This document shows, piece by piece, positions 54,241 to 64,000 of a stretch of 64,000 nt of DNA. The notes below the pieces were generated by a model. It saw only the letters and a program-made list of their open reading frames with translations, searched no databases and was not told the origin of the DNA. The DNA is taken from the UHGV virus genome UHGV-0066004. One strand, written 5' to 3'. Both the position numbers and the translations under genes were made by a program. Source of the stretch: a virus. Within the stretch, counting starts at the first letter, position 1. The number at the start of each line of letters is the position of its first letter.

Positions 54241-54766
54241 GGTTTACCTTAGAAATGTTTATTGCAAATTCACATTGAGCAATGACTTTCATGTTGTTAT
54301 AGACATCTTGAGAATATTTCTTAGCTTTAGGGATTTTGTACGAATACCCAGCATTATATGATGCTAAAACTTTTTGTAAAGTCTTCTTTGACTTTGGCTG
54401 ACCATGCACCTTTGTCCAAAACTCAAGCTCTTTGTGAGTTTCCTTCGCAGCATAGTCAAAGTCTTTTAAGAGTTTCTTTTTAGCCACATTAGGACTAATT
54501 TTGTTACGCTTTACAACAGTCTTCAAGTGATTCTGGAAGATACCATAATCATGTGTCTTTTTATTCTCTACCTTCAGACCTAACTCTGACTCTTGTAAGG
54601 CTATAGCAGCTAGAGTGATACCCCAACCTTTACCCATGTTATTCTCACCATACTGGTAAGCTTTTAACATGTTTACTTTTTGGCTAATTGATAGCTCTGG
54701 GCAGTCAACTGCATAAGATAAGTGTGCTGTAAACATTAAGCACAAACCTAGAATCAATTTCTTCAT
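54218..54766 (-). CDS. putative secreted lytic transglycosylase-like protein
   Basis: 182 aa; signal peptide; ALQESELG ... DYGIFQ resembles SLT catalytic motif. Confidence 0.5.
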   Translation of the reverse strand: MKKLILGLCLMFTAHLSYAVDCPELSISQKVNMLKAYQYGENNMGKGWGITLAAIALQESELGLKVENKKTHDYGIFQNHLKTVVKRNKISPNVAKKKLLKDFDYAAKETHKELEFWTKVHGQPKSKKTLQKVLASYNAGYSYKIPKAKKYSQDVYNNMKVIAQCEFAINISKVNHEKIKKV

Positions 54767-54866
54767 TGGTTCTCCTGTTTAGTTTATCGTGACAACAATT
54801 ATACAGCACTCTGCACAAAATACAAATAAAAAAGGCCGCCGAAGCAGCCTTTTAAGAAATTACTTA

Positions 54867-55976
54867 TTAGATTTCACGTTTACGTTGGGAGATTAGTTCA
54901 CCAGCAGTGCCAACGATGACATGCAAAGCTTCAGTCTTGCCATCCCATTCTTTCAGCACTTTACGTTGATTATCAACGATTGCTGCAACTTCATAACGAG
55001 ACGAACGCATCTTCATATCGTTGTAATCAGTTGGAACAGATACAACATCTCGTGGATGGACACGAACCTTCAGGATTGTATCACCTGAGAAGCAACGAAC
55101 ATAATCCCAAGCACCAACGTGAAGACCCTGAGAGCAAGTCACGTTACGGTTATTATCAACCATCCAACGTGGCATTTCTACAATGTTACCCAAATCATTA
55201 GGTACTCTGTAGGTGTGGGAGTCAACCAGCTTGCCTTCATGAGTAGAGACTTTCTTCCAACCAATGATGTAGCCTTCTTCATCAATTTCAACATCAAGGT
55301 GAGATACGAATCCCCAAAGTTGTTCTACAGAGTCTTTAGATGGGTTTTCCATCAGTTTTTCGAAGAACATCACAAGGCGTTCAAAACCCTTATCTCCAGT
55401 CTTCATCATGTGAAGAATACGGTCAACCAGAGTAGAACGCATCTCAACAGCACCGTAGAATAACTTGTCACCTTTGATGGTGATAGCACCCTGAGTGAAG
55501 TTTTCGATAGACTTACGAATGTTCATCAGTTCGAAAGCTTTCTTATACTCACCGGATACAACAGCCATCACGATTTCTTTGTAGTTCGGATGGGTAGATT
55601 CAACGATTTCAGAATCTGCACCGAAAGTCATGATAACAGAGTCGCCAGTAATCATGTACTCAATCTGGTTGCCATTCTGCATAGCTTCATGCAGTTTATT
55701 TACCGGAGCTTTCTGTACAGGCTCTTTAACAACCTTTTCAACTGGTTTGTCAGCTTTCTTTTTAACTGATTTAGCAACTTGCTTCAAAGTCTTCGTAGCT
55801 GGTTTAGAAGCTACCTTTTTCTTACCTTTTAAGGTTGCTTCATGACGCTCTACAGCACGACCAACTGAACGGGTTGAAGTATTGAACTTCTGTGCAATAG
55901 CTGTTTTAGTCAGCTTACCTTCTTTAACCAGTTCGTAAATTTCTGCGTCAATCTGTGCTTTAGTTTTAGTAGTCAT
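54867..55976 (-). CDS. rIIB: rIIB-like protein
   Basis: 369 aa directly downstream of rIIA-like gene, same strand (T4-type synteny). Confidence 0.55.
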   Translation of the reverse strand: MTTKTKAQIDAEIYELVKEGKLTKTAIAQKFNTSTRSVGRAVERHEATLKGKKKVASKPATKTLKQVAKSVKKKADKPVEKVVKEPVQKAPVNKLHEAMQNGNQIEYMITGDSVIMTFGADSEIVESTHPNYKEIVMAVVSGEYKKAFELMNIRKSIENFTQGAITIKGDKLFYGAVEMRSTLVDRILHMMKTGDKGFERLVMFFEKLMENPSKDSVEQLWGFVSHLDVEIDEEGYIIGWKKVSTHEGKLVDSHTYRVPNDLGNIVEMPRWMVDNNRNVTCSQGLHVGAWDYVRCFSGDTILKVRVHPRDVVSVPTDYNDMKMRSSRYEVAAIVDNQRKVLKEWDGKTEALHVIVGTAGELISQRKREI

Positions 55977-56055
55977 CTTATTACTCTCTCTTGTTAGTTA
56001 ATAAATCATTTTGTAAGGCTATTCTAAGGGGCTTCGAAGCCCCTTGTCAAACACT

Positions 56056-58422
56056 TTAATCGTAAATTGTAGTTCCTTCTGGAACACACTTCACATCAAA
56101 ACCTAAGAACTTACTCACTTCGATGGGTGACACTTTATTCCAATCTAAATGAGAAAGCAAGAAGTTTTCTTGTTTTCTTTTTGAAAGATAGTTTGTCAGT
56201 TTGATAACCATGCGGTCACCCGCTTTCTTAATCTTTTTGTACAGTTTTGTATCATTGTCAAGGCATGACTTCAAATCCTGAAGAACACTGATAGTGTAAG
56301 TGTATGCAAACGGTGCAGCCACATACTGAATCTTACCAAACATTGCCTCAACAGCATTCTCATTACCTTCTAAGAAGATGGTTTTGTTTGTATCTCGTGA
56401 ATAGCAATACCCGCGAGAAGTCTTCTTGTTATTAAACGTAAAGTTTCTGGCAATAATCCAACTACTTGTAAGGTCAAGGACACCATTCATATAGATACGT
56501 GTCATATACCTGTTATGATTAATCCAGTGAACATCAGTTAAGCTGTCATTCAATAGCTTCTCATCTACTTCAATCCAGTCTTCTGGTATCTTTTTCCAAT
56601 TTGCTTTTCGGAAAACATAGACTGTTTTTCCTATAACATTAGCAATTGTTTTAGCTACATCTTCTGGGGATGAGCAAAAACATTCACCATCAACTGTGTC
56701 GCCTACTGCCTTGATATAAAGCTGGGGTTCTTCAATTGTATCTAGGTCTTCTGACACCTCTGTGTATGAAGCTTTAGTTTCTGATGGAACAGCTTTCCAG
56801 AGTTTTACAACACCCCTCACAGCTTCTTTACGCTGATAATGGTGTTCCTTATCAGACATCTTCACAATCTTTAACAAACTTTTATCAAGCTTGTGTAGAT
56901 TGATTAAATCATCTAACTCTTTTTCAGTCGAGAATACAAACACAATACCATTGTATCTGTGGAACAGGCTTGACTCGTTAGCGTAGTCTCGACATGCACC
57001 ACGCAGAATCTGATTGCGGCCTACAGTCTTCTCAGTGCCATTTTTATTACGACGGTCATTAATCACGAACAAAAACTGTTCAATTTGGCTTTTACGCATT
57101 GCACCAAAGATATTGAACATACTTGCCTCTTGAGTGTAGGAAAGTGCTGTTGCACGAATCTTACTCTCTAAAGAGTTGAACTTGACATAAGCAACTGGAT
57201 TATAAAGATAATCCAGTTTAGGGATATTGTTCCCGTTCCTATCAACCTTGATATTACCTTTACCGTCACGTTCATAAATGACTGAGCCGTCTTCTGCGTA
57301 GATAATCCCACGACGAATGTTTAGTAATTCTTCTTCCAGAGAATCAAGCTTAATGCCTCCCCACTCTAGCTTTGGACACACAGCATTAAACATCTCTCGT
57401 GAGTTCAAACGTAACTCAGCATAAGCCTGTGCAGCATCCATGAGTGTAGGTTGGTTGTTAACTTTCTTGATAACATCCTTTGTAATGGCTTCAGTTATCT
57501 TTTTAGTAGCCTCAATGATAACATTTTTTGTCGTGTCATTCATCTGCAATGCTTCACGAGAAGCTGCAATAGCCACTGAACCAATAGGCATGTAGATGTT
57601 TACAAGGTCTACGCTCCTACGGAAAAACTCTGGCAAGACTTTGAAGAAATCATCACCAAGTAATGCTTCCATGTTCACTGGGTAGGCAATATTACCCATC
57701 ACCACATTAAACTCTGTCCTGTTGCCACTAGAACGCCAGCTTTGCTTATGAATCATAGCATCATAAACACCCTCTTCACGGGCAATGACATTCATATCTG
57801 CTAATACATCATCATATACAATGTTACTTTCTGGTTTTACAGCAAAGTATGAGTATACGTGACCAGCCTCTTCAAAGAACTTTGAAATACGATGGTCAGC
57901 AACTGCCACACGTACAGCTAAACCATTGGGTTCATTTGTTGGGTTGGTAGTAAGCTTAGTTACTTGAGGGATACCATTCTCAAGGTAAACAGAGTACTTA
58001 TTAACAACACCATCAACATAGCTAGATACTGTGAATGACTGAGCAATTGCAAATGGGGATTTTGAGCCGATACCCATTGCACCAATGTAATCATTGGAGT
58101 CATTCTTCGTAGAAGCCCCATAGTTCAGATACAAACTCATTACTTTGTCATGGGTTAAACCAGTTCCAAAGTCACGGACTTCAAAGTAAGGCTCAAATCG
58201 AGTAGGTAAATGCACATGGAATGGGATGTTCTCTTTTCCAGCTTCTTTTTGAGCATCTACTGCGTTACATGACAGTTCACGAATCACTGCCCTTTCTTTG
58301 AATGTGTATACACCTGAACTCAAAAGGCTGAACATTTCAGGTGTCATTGTAATCTGTGCTTGAGATGTTTCCAAAGAAGTTGAACTCTTAATCACTTCTG
58401 CGTGGTCGTTTACCATGCGCAT
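56056..58422 (-). CDS. rIIA: rIIA-like protein
   Basis: 788 aa; N-terminus matches remembered T4 rIIA ATPase-like region (RAVIRELSCNAVDA, NDYIGAMGIGSKSPF). Confidence 0.75.
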   Translation of the reverse strand: MRMVNDHAEVIKSSTSLETSQAQITMTPEMFSLLSSGVYTFKERAVIRELSCNAVDAQKEAGKENIPFHVHLPTRFEPYFEVRDFGTGLTHDKVMSLYLNYGASTKNDSNDYIGAMGIGSKSPFAIAQSFTVSSYVDGVVNKYSVYLENGIPQVTKLTTNPTNEPNGLAVRVAVADHRISKFFEEAGHVYSYFAVKPESNIVYDDVLADMNVIAREEGVYDAMIHKQSWRSSGNRTEFNVVMGNIAYPVNMEALLGDDFFKVLPEFFRRSVDLVNIYMPIGSVAIAASREALQMNDTTKNVIIEATKKITEAITKDVIKKVNNQPTLMDAAQAYAELRLNSREMFNAVCPKLEWGGIKLDSLEEELLNIRRGIIYAEDGSVIYERDGKGNIKVDRNGNNIPKLDYLYNPVAYVKFNSLESKIRATALSYTQEASMFNIFGAMRKSQIEQFLFVINDRRNKNGTEKTVGRNQILRGACRDYANESSLFHRYNGIVFVFSTEKELDDLINLHKLDKSLLKIVKMSDKEHHYQRKEAVRGVVKLWKAVPSETKASYTEVSEDLDTIEEPQLYIKAVGDTVDGECFCSSPEDVAKTIANVIGKTVYVFRKANWKKIPEDWIEVDEKLLNDSLTDVHWINHNRYMTRIYMNGVLDLTSSWIIARNFTFNNKKTSRGYCYSRDTNKTIFLEGNENAVEAMFGKIQYVAAPFAYTYTISVLQDLKSCLDNDTKLYKKIKKAGDRMVIKLTNYLSKRKQENFLLSHLDWNKVSPIEVSKFLGFDVKCVPEGTTIYD

Positions 58423-58608
58423 AATACTTTCCTCTTAGTTTACTGTTAAATTACTTATTAAACATTTTACCAGAACCACCACAAATAGGGCAACAACCTG
58501 CTCTTGTGTACCCTTCCCCGTTGCAGTAATCACACTTCTTGTGCTCTGCATAGTACTTGCAAAGAAGGTAAACAAATACTGCTACACTACCAAGTGACAG
58601 TAAAATTT

Positions 58609-58944
58609 CTATCCAATATGCTTGCATGACTCACCTCTCATATTCTTGTAAAGGATAAAGCTTCTGTCATGGACGATACTTGTAGACACTGCAAAGTTAC
58701 TTTCAAGCATCTGTTTGTTTGGATTGTAGAAGCTTTCTTTAAACTCGTCAAGTGCAAATTGGTGATGTTGTGGAAGACCTTTTACACAGATTTTTATTGT
58801 GATTGCTGCTGCAACCTTACCCGTCAGTTCTTCTTTAGCTGCTACTAAAATTTTGTTAAGGAATTTATGACCATTTTCAGGTTTCTTAATGTTTTCCCAA
58901 CGTTCTTCCAAGACAACGTTGATGTTCATCTCTTTGATTTTCAT
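58609..58944 (-). CDS. hypothetical protein
   Basis: 111-aa ORF. Confidence 0.5.
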   Translation of the reverse strand: MKIKEMNINVVLEERWENIKKPENGHKFLNKILVAAKEELTGKVAAAITIKICVKGLPQHHQFALDEFKESFYNPNKQMLESNFAVSTSIVHDRSFILYKNMRGESCKHIG

Positions 58945-58957
58945 AGTTTTCTCCAGA

Positions 58958-58985
58958 AATTAAAAAGGCTCCCGTAGGAGCCTCT
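58958..58985 (-). terminator. rho-independent terminator
   Basis: aggctcc-cgta-ggagcct hairpin with U-run on minus strand, after NadV-like gene. Confidence 0.6.
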
Positions 58986-58997
58986 TATCATATACTT

Positions 58998-60779
58998 TTA
59001 AAGCTGCTTGTCAATATTATTTCGAATATCACCAAGAGTTGTGTAACCGAACTGCTCAGAGTCACTAAAGACTAAACGTAAAGCACAGGCTGGGTGGTCA
59101 AGTACATCTGCAAAACTCTGGAATCCATATCCATCTACAGCTTTCAGCTTATCACCGTCCCACATAGGTGCTACACCACCAAAGGCAGACTTCTTAACAC
59201 CACTATCTGTTTTAGGGTCTTTTGCAAGCATAATCTCTTTACCACCAATGCTTGCAAGAGTTGCTTTGACAGCAAATGCAAAGGTGTCACGAGTCATGTA
59301 CTGGTAAGTGTAGGAGCCTACACCAAACACTACGTTAGAGCTTGCAAAACCCATTCCATACAGACGCTTCAGGATTTCGTTTGCACGTTCCAGCGTGATA
59401 GAATCACCATAGATAAGGCCGATATGCTCATCCAGTACCTTAAACCCTTTAGAGTTAATAGTTCCCCCAAAGATGTTGTACAGTGTCTTAATAGCTCCAT
59501 CAATCTCAGCTACAGGACGTGTTACAACGTTTGCAGAACCAACCATATAAGCATCCTTTAACATCACCGTATCAGCAGCTTCAAAGTCTTCTCTGTCAAC
59601 AACCATTTCGTAGCCTTCTGACAGTAGCCATCCAGCAATACCATAGCTGATGTTTTCAAGCTTCATGTTCAGAATAGCATTCAACATTGTGTCACTGGCT
59701 TCCAGCTTGCTTAGGTGCTTATAATAAGCCTTCTTAGCACACTCTAAGTGGATTGCTTTATAACCTGTGACAATATGTACAGGGTCTCCAGAGTCAGGAC
59801 GAATTACCAGTTTGCCATCACGTTCCATAATTTCTTTACGGAGTGCTGGTAAGATTTCTGACACAGTTCTCCAGAAGTTATAAGTATCTGAAACAATACT
59901 TGCAATACCAGTTGGGTAAGTTTCTGTTAAGAAACGACGGAAGGTTTGTAACTCACCTTTAAAGCGTCTTTCTTCTTCAATCAATTCATTACCACCTTCC
60001 CAAGCAATGTTTGCACACATTACAGAGTGCTCAGTGGCTGGTACAGAACTACCAATATCAGAGATTGGGTAAGACTGACCATAGATTCGTTTAGCCGTGT
60101 ATACAGCAGGGAAGCTATCAGTTCCTTTAAAGCTGGTTAAGTGACCTACAGCGTTAAATGCGTCATCAGTAAAGCCGGACATACCACGCATAGCAAAGTC
60201 ATGGCACTGATAAGGCAAATGTAAGTCGTTGTCACAAGTAAGGTCAGACCACTTCTTACAGATACGTTTGTAGTGCAATGCAATAGTCGCAATGGTACAA
60301 GCCTTCCAAATTTCAGCAGAGAAAGCATCTTCCAGATAACCTGCTACCCAATGGAAACCTGAAACAGTGTTCTGGAAGACAATCATTGGGACACGCATAG
60401 GAACAACTGTACCTTCTTCTACAGCGTATACTTCAACTGGTAGATAACCTAAGTCGTGAAGTGATTCCCAATGCTCTCGACCGATAGCATCTTTACCCAG
60501 AACACCATTCATGACTTCTAAGATTTCGTCAACTGCTTCTTTTTTATCACGTTCAAAGAAAGTGGCGTTCCAGTGGTCTATCAGGTAATCTTTAACGAAA
60601 CGTTGAATACCAAAAGCTACTACACCATCAATTGCTAAGGGGCTGTTAAACCATTTGTCACTACGTGGTGTCAGGTTGAACATCAAGTATTCTGTTGCAC
60701 TAGGGTACTGGTAAACATGACCAGATTTGTAAGCATCTGCGTTTAAACCTGCTGGTACTGCGTAAAGCGATTTAGTCAT
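58998..60779 (-). CDS. nadV: nicotinamide phosphoribosyltransferase-like enzyme (NadV/Nampt family)
   Basis: 593 aa; NadV-like N-terminus; adjacent to Prs-like gene. Confidence 0.75.
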   Translation of the reverse strand: MTKSLYAVPAGLNADAYKSGHVYQYPSATEYLMFNLTPRSDKWFNSPLAIDGVVAFGIQRFVKDYLIDHWNATFFERDKKEAVDEILEVMNGVLGKDAIGREHWESLHDLGYLPVEVYAVEEGTVVPMRVPMIVFQNTVSGFHWVAGYLEDAFSAEIWKACTIATIALHYKRICKKWSDLTCDNDLHLPYQCHDFAMRGMSGFTDDAFNAVGHLTSFKGTDSFPAVYTAKRIYGQSYPISDIGSSVPATEHSVMCANIAWEGGNELIEEERRFKGELQTFRRFLTETYPTGIASIVSDTYNFWRTVSEILPALRKEIMERDGKLVIRPDSGDPVHIVTGYKAIHLECAKKAYYKHLSKLEASDTMLNAILNMKLENISYGIAGWLLSEGYEMVVDREDFEAADTVMLKDAYMVGSANVVTRPVAEIDGAIKTLYNIFGGTINSKGFKVLDEHIGLIYGDSITLERANEILKRLYGMGFASSNVVFGVGSYTYQYMTRDTFAFAVKATLASIGGKEIMLAKDPKTDSGVKKSAFGGVAPMWDGDKLKAVDGYGFQSFADVLDHPACALRLVFSDSEQFGYTTLGDIRNNIDKQL

Positions 60780-60824
60780 CTTTTAATCTCTCTCAAAATG
60801 GGGCTTTCAAGCCCCTATAAAGTT

Positions 60825-61721
60825 TCAATCAATGGTTGCTACAGTAACTTGGGCGTAATGTGTTAAGCCACGGTCTTTAGCTTCACCTAAAGTGTTTGTA
60901 GTGTAGATATGGTCAATACCGTTGTCAAGTAAGTTTTCAACACCTTTAGAGAAAATACCATGAGTTACATAGAGTTCCACACGTTTTGCACCTGCTTCAC
61001 GTAGGTGTTTAGCTGCCTCTACGAAGGTTCGACCACCATCACAGATATCATCAAGAATCATGACAGTTTTATCGGTCAAATCAACATCGTCAAGGATTCG
61101 CATACCAGTGATTTCTCCAGTCTTAAGATTGCGCACCTTAGACATTGTGATATACGGTTTATCCACCTCTTTAGCGGTATCTTCAGTCTTCTTAGCTGCA
61201 CCTGCATCTGGGGCTACCAAGAAATCAATGCGTGGGTCACTTGCAAAGTGTACTGCCACATCTTTTTGCTTCATGCTTTGAAAGCACTTAAATAAGTTTT
61301 CTGCAACATTACTGTGAGGGTCAAGAGCACATACTGCATCAAAACCCATTGCATTAACTAGGTTGGCAAAGACTTTCAGTGCTGCTGCATCACCTTTGAA
61401 CATGTGGCGGTCATATCGAGCATTTGGTAAGAACCCGAAAACAACGGTTTTCATCGCTGATTTCTGGGGAACAAGACTGTCAACGGCATCCTTAGCCAAA
61501 GCTAATGCAAACAGTGTATCTTTGTCATATCCCTGCACAGTAAGTATAACATTGTCAATCTTACCAGCATTACGCTCAGTAAACTTAACAAAATCTTCAG
61601 AGAAGTTTCCACCAATTTCTCCAGATGGGAATTGAATGATATTAAATTTTTCTGTGTGGAAGAATTTCTCTTGTGCGGTGACGACGGCTTCAATAACAGT
61701 TTTCATAGTTTTCTCTCTCAA
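60825..61721 (-). CDS. prs: ribose-phosphate pyrophosphokinase-like enzyme (Prs family)
   Basis: 298 aa; PRPP-binding motif VMILDDICDGGRTF. Confidence 0.75.
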   Translation of the reverse strand: MREKTMKTVIEAVVTAQEKFFHTEKFNIIQFPSGEIGGNFSEDFVKFTERNAGKIDNVILTVQGYDKDTLFALALAKDAVDSLVPQKSAMKTVVFGFLPNARYDRHMFKGDAAALKVFANLVNAMGFDAVCALDPHSNVAENLFKCFQSMKQKDVAVHFASDPRIDFLVAPDAGAAKKTEDTAKEVDKPYITMSKVRNLKTGEITGMRILDDVDLTDKTVMILDDICDGGRTFVEAAKHLREAGAKRVELYVTHGIFSKGVENLLDNGIDHIYTTNTLGEAKDRGLTHYAQVTVATID

Positions 61722-61996
61722 TCAAAAGTTACGTTTGTTACTGCCATTGCAGATTTGCATTTTGCAGGGTCTACAACGTGATAAAGTACACTACAGTTAC
61801 CTGTGCTGTCTGGTACAGGCTTTACCCATTGCTGCTTTATAGTTGGCTCTCCTAAGTCTTTGTAAGAACCATCTGTAAAGTTGTTTACCATCTCAAGTGC
61901 AATTGGTTCTGGAACATGACCACGTATCATGTACATTTCACAACCATTACCGCCTTCACTGACTAATGGTAAAATCTCCCACTTCTCTTTAGCCAT
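61718..61996 (-). CDS. hypothetical protein
   Basis: 92-aa ORF start-coupled to Prs-like gene. Confidence 0.5.
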   Translation of the reverse strand: MAKEKWEILPLVSEGGNGCEMYMIRGHVPEPIALEMVNNFTDGSYKDLGEPTIKQQWVKPVPDSTGNCSVLYHVVDPAKCKSAMAVTNVTFD

Positions 61997-62504
61997 TGTA
62001 AGTTGCCCTATAAACTGTCTCGAACTTCAACAGGAGAGATATTGCCAAATCTGTATAGTTGTTGTCAAGCACATCTGGCATATTATTTTTGATATATTTC
62101 TCTTGCTCTTCATAGGTCATCTTAGGTGTGCTTAGAAGATTACCCCCTTGCTTCTGGTTATCAAGTTTAGTTTGGATAAACCAGTTTGCACAGTGATGCT
62201 CACCACCCTTTGTAACAGGCTTGTGGTGGCCTAATGTAAATGTTTGCTTACCTGTATACCTGCAAAGATTGTTCAGTGTTGCAATAGTGTTCTTCACAAC
62301 ACACCATTCATACAGGTTATCTATTGTGTAGTGTGGGTAATAACGGACAAGTGCTCTTTCACGGAAGTTATCACGATTCCAAAGAACCATGTGATTCGAG
62401 TTAGAAGGGTCGTATTGGTGGGAGTCAATGAACTCTTGACGTTCCTCAAAGCTGAGTCTTAGAACTGACATTGCAGCCGAACGTTTCAGGTTTGACAGAT
62501 ACAT
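61989..62504 (-). CDS. HNH endonuclease
   Basis: 171 aa; LGHHKPVTKGGEHHCANW His/Asn-rich nuclease motif. Confidence 0.65.
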   Translation of the reverse strand: MYLSNLKRSAAMSVLRLSFEERQEFIDSHQYDPSNSNHMVLWNRDNFRERALVRYYPHYTIDNLYEWCVVKNTIATLNNLCRYTGKQTFTLGHHKPVTKGGEHHCANWFIQTKLDNQKQGGNLLSTPKMTYEEQEKYIKNNMPDVLDNNYTDLAISLLLKFETVYRATYNG

Positions 62505-62555
62505 TTTATCTCCAAAATAAAAAGGGAACCTTTACAGTCCCCTTATAGTATCTGT

Positions 62556-62876
62556 TTACTGAGCTACTTTCAAGATGCTTGTGAATGAGATTTCACTCTC
62601 ATCCATAAACTCTTTTGCTTCTCCAGTAACTTTCACAAAGTTATCTAGGCAGATAATCTTCTTATCTTTCTTACTGTAGGTTAGCTTAACCTTTTCAATA
62701 TCTTTCTTAGAGCTTTCCTCTTCATTGAAGAGTTTTACAGCCTCTTTGAATGGGAGGTATGAGCCATCATCATCACTAATAAAACCTGTACCACAATAGT
62801 AGAAGTTATATTCTTTAGCCATAAACTGGCACAGTACGAAAATCTGTAATTTGCGAGTGTTATAAACTTTGCTCAT
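62556..62876 (-). CDS. hypothetical protein
   Basis: 106-aa ORF. Confidence 0.5.
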   Translation of the reverse strand: MSKVYNTRKLQIFVLCQFMAKEYNFYYCGTGFISDDDGSYLPFKEAVKLFNEEESSKKDIEKVKLTYSKKDKKIICLDNFVKVTGEAKEFMDESEISFTSILKVAQ

Positions 62877-62878
62877 GA

Positions 62879-63136
62879 TTATTTAGCCTTCTTATTACGT
62901 TTACGGTTACGAGCTTTCTTAGCTGCTCGTTTAATAGCTGCTGCACCAGACGGACGGTGGGCTTGTTTCTTACCACCTTTGCCACGGCCTACATAGATAC
63001 TTTTCATAATCTCATTAGCCAGCTTCTCATCCATCTTGAAGTTCTGCATAAGATGAGTCACATCAACTCCAGTGAGCATACCTAATGAAGTTAGTGCTGC
63101 TTTTACTTTTGATTTAAAACTATTCCAGATTCCCAT
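62879..63136 (-). CDS. hypothetical basic protein
   Basis: 85 aa; C-terminus RAAKKARNRKRNKKAK. Confidence 0.5.
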   Translation of the reverse strand: MGIWNSFKSKVKAALTSLGMLTGVDVTHLMQNFKMDEKLANEIMKSIYVGRGKGGKKQAHRPSGAAAIKRAAKKARNRKRNKKAK

Positions 63137-63260
63137 TTCGTATCTCTCTCAATCTTTTCACAAAATGCTTTAAGTTCTTCTTCAGTGACGCCAACTGTTA
63201 AGTTTGTTCTGTAGAAGATTGTAAAGTGGCCTTTACCGATAACCTACTTTACGACGAGGC

Positions 63261-63746
63261 TTACTCGGCTCTCCACTGGCAATCACCTTGCCACCCATAC
63301 TCTTTTCTCCAGAGGTTTTGGTTATCAGAACCACGATACGGTTTAACTGTTGGTTTAGATGAATCATACTTACCATCAATCACCACGTCAACATATTTCA
63401 TCACATCTAGGTGAATTTTTTCGTGTAGTTGAAAACCTGTCCAGAGCCATATAGACTTCTCTGGATAAACAGTTTTAATACGTTTGCATATGTTGGTAAC
63501 CTCTTGAATATTTCTATCATCCAAAGGTTCTCCACCAAGTATTGACAAACCACTGACAGCATTATCACCCATTAACTTAATGATGCCGTAAAGGTTTGCA
63601 TAAGTAAACTCTTTACCAGCATTAAACTTCCAAGACTCCCTGTTAAAGCAGCCTTCACAGTGATGCTTACAACCAGCTACGAAGAGGCTTACACGAACCC
63701 CTTCACCATTAGCTGTGTCAAATGGTCTAATCTCCATGTAATTCAT
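63261..63746 (-). CDS. nrdG: anaerobic ribonucleotide reductase activating protein
   Basis: 161 aa; radical-SAM cluster motif GCKHHCEGC; strong resemblance to remembered T4 NrdG. Confidence 0.85.
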   Translation of the reverse strand: MNYMEIRPFDTANGEGVRVSLFVAGCKHHCEGCFNRESWKFNAGKEFTYANLYGIIKLMGDNAVSGLSILGGEPLDDRNIQEVTNICKRIKTVYPEKSIWLWTGFQLHEKIHLDVMKYVDVVIDGKYDSSKPTVKPYRGSDNQNLWRKEYGWQGDCQWRAE

Positions 63747-63805
63747 CTAGTTACCTCACCAATAAATATAAATGTTCTTTAAACCTTTTCTTCGAATTGT
63801 TTTAC

Positions 63806-64000
63806 TCATTCAAACACCACCTGACAAGGAACCTGTTTAGTAATAAATTCTTCACAGTGCTCTTTAATGAAGTTTTGTAATGGTACACAATCTTGTGCGC
63901 AAGTCATTAGCATAACGTACTCTGGGTTCATGATGTTTTCAAGGGTGTAGAAGACAACATCATCAGACAGTTCGTGACCATCTTCCTCAGACCAAGTTCC
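63806..64000 (-). CDS. partial CDS (C-terminal end; 5' end beyond window), Cys-rich
   Basis: minus frame open from window edge to TGA at 63806-63808; not in supplied track; lacks glycyl-radical motif so probably not NrdD. Confidence 0.35.
   Translation of the reverse strand, partial: GTWSEEDGHELSDDVVFYTLENIMNPEYVMLMTCAQDCVPLQNFIKEHCEEFITKQVPCQVVFE

Noticed and set aside
55119-55463. 114-aa plus-strand ORF (also 54980..55201, 55630..55845)
   Set aside because: Antisense within the rIIB-like gene
59094-59561. 155-aa plus-strand ORF
   Set aside because: Antisense within the NadV-like gene, which has clear family features
63806-64000. Partial upstream ORF as C-terminus of anaerobic ribonucleotide reductase NrdD
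   Set aside because: The C-terminal sequence lacks the glycyl-radical motif expected near the end of NrdD; left as a partial hypothetical CDS

Overview
This window reads as a segment of a large virulent tailed phage genome (contractile-tail myovirus, roughly 38-40% GC by eye); the gene content (rIIA/rIIB, NrdG, DHFR + thymidylate synthase, NadV + Prs, HNH endonuclease, a large tRNA array) resembles Felix O1-like phages, but that is from memory, not a search. Everything below is manual reading of the sequence and ORF track; no homology search or RNA-folding tool was run, so all tRNA anticodons and coordinates are approximate (+/- a few nt). Layout: (1) 253-3736 plus-strand early genes ending in DHFR and thymidylate synthase; (2) 3773-27550 minus-strand structural module: two tail fibers, Mu/P2-like baseplate, tape measure, frameshifted tail chaperone pair, tube, sheath, neck, then lambda-like head genes (major capsid, decoration, protease-scaffold, portal, large terminase); (3) 27776-32912 minus-strand array of about 27 tRNAs that by my folding covers all 20 amino acids, interleaved with non-tRNA structured elements; (4) 33088-34956 a vWA-domain protein I suspect is Ro60-like, plus a small basic protein; (5) 35185-42946 plus-strand small genes including a T4-type lysozyme and an Ig-repeat protein; (6) 42950-44640 a 1.6-kb non-coding iteron-rich region where the two gene blocks converge; (7) 44640-50216 minus-strand small early genes, each behind a conserved upstream cassette; (8) 50731-64000 minus-strand accessory genes: macrodomain, candidate spanins, HAD hydrolase, transglycosylase, rIIB, rIIA, NadV, Prs, HNH, NrdG. 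Strongest candidate for something new: the suspected Ro60-like gene sits next to a circularly permuted tRNA-like RNA module and a family of elements sharing the same closing helix, which matches bacterial Y RNA (YrlA-type) architecture. Other leads: NadV-Prs NAD+ pair, TARG1/DarG-like macrodomain, iteron region, frameshift site in the tail chaperone.
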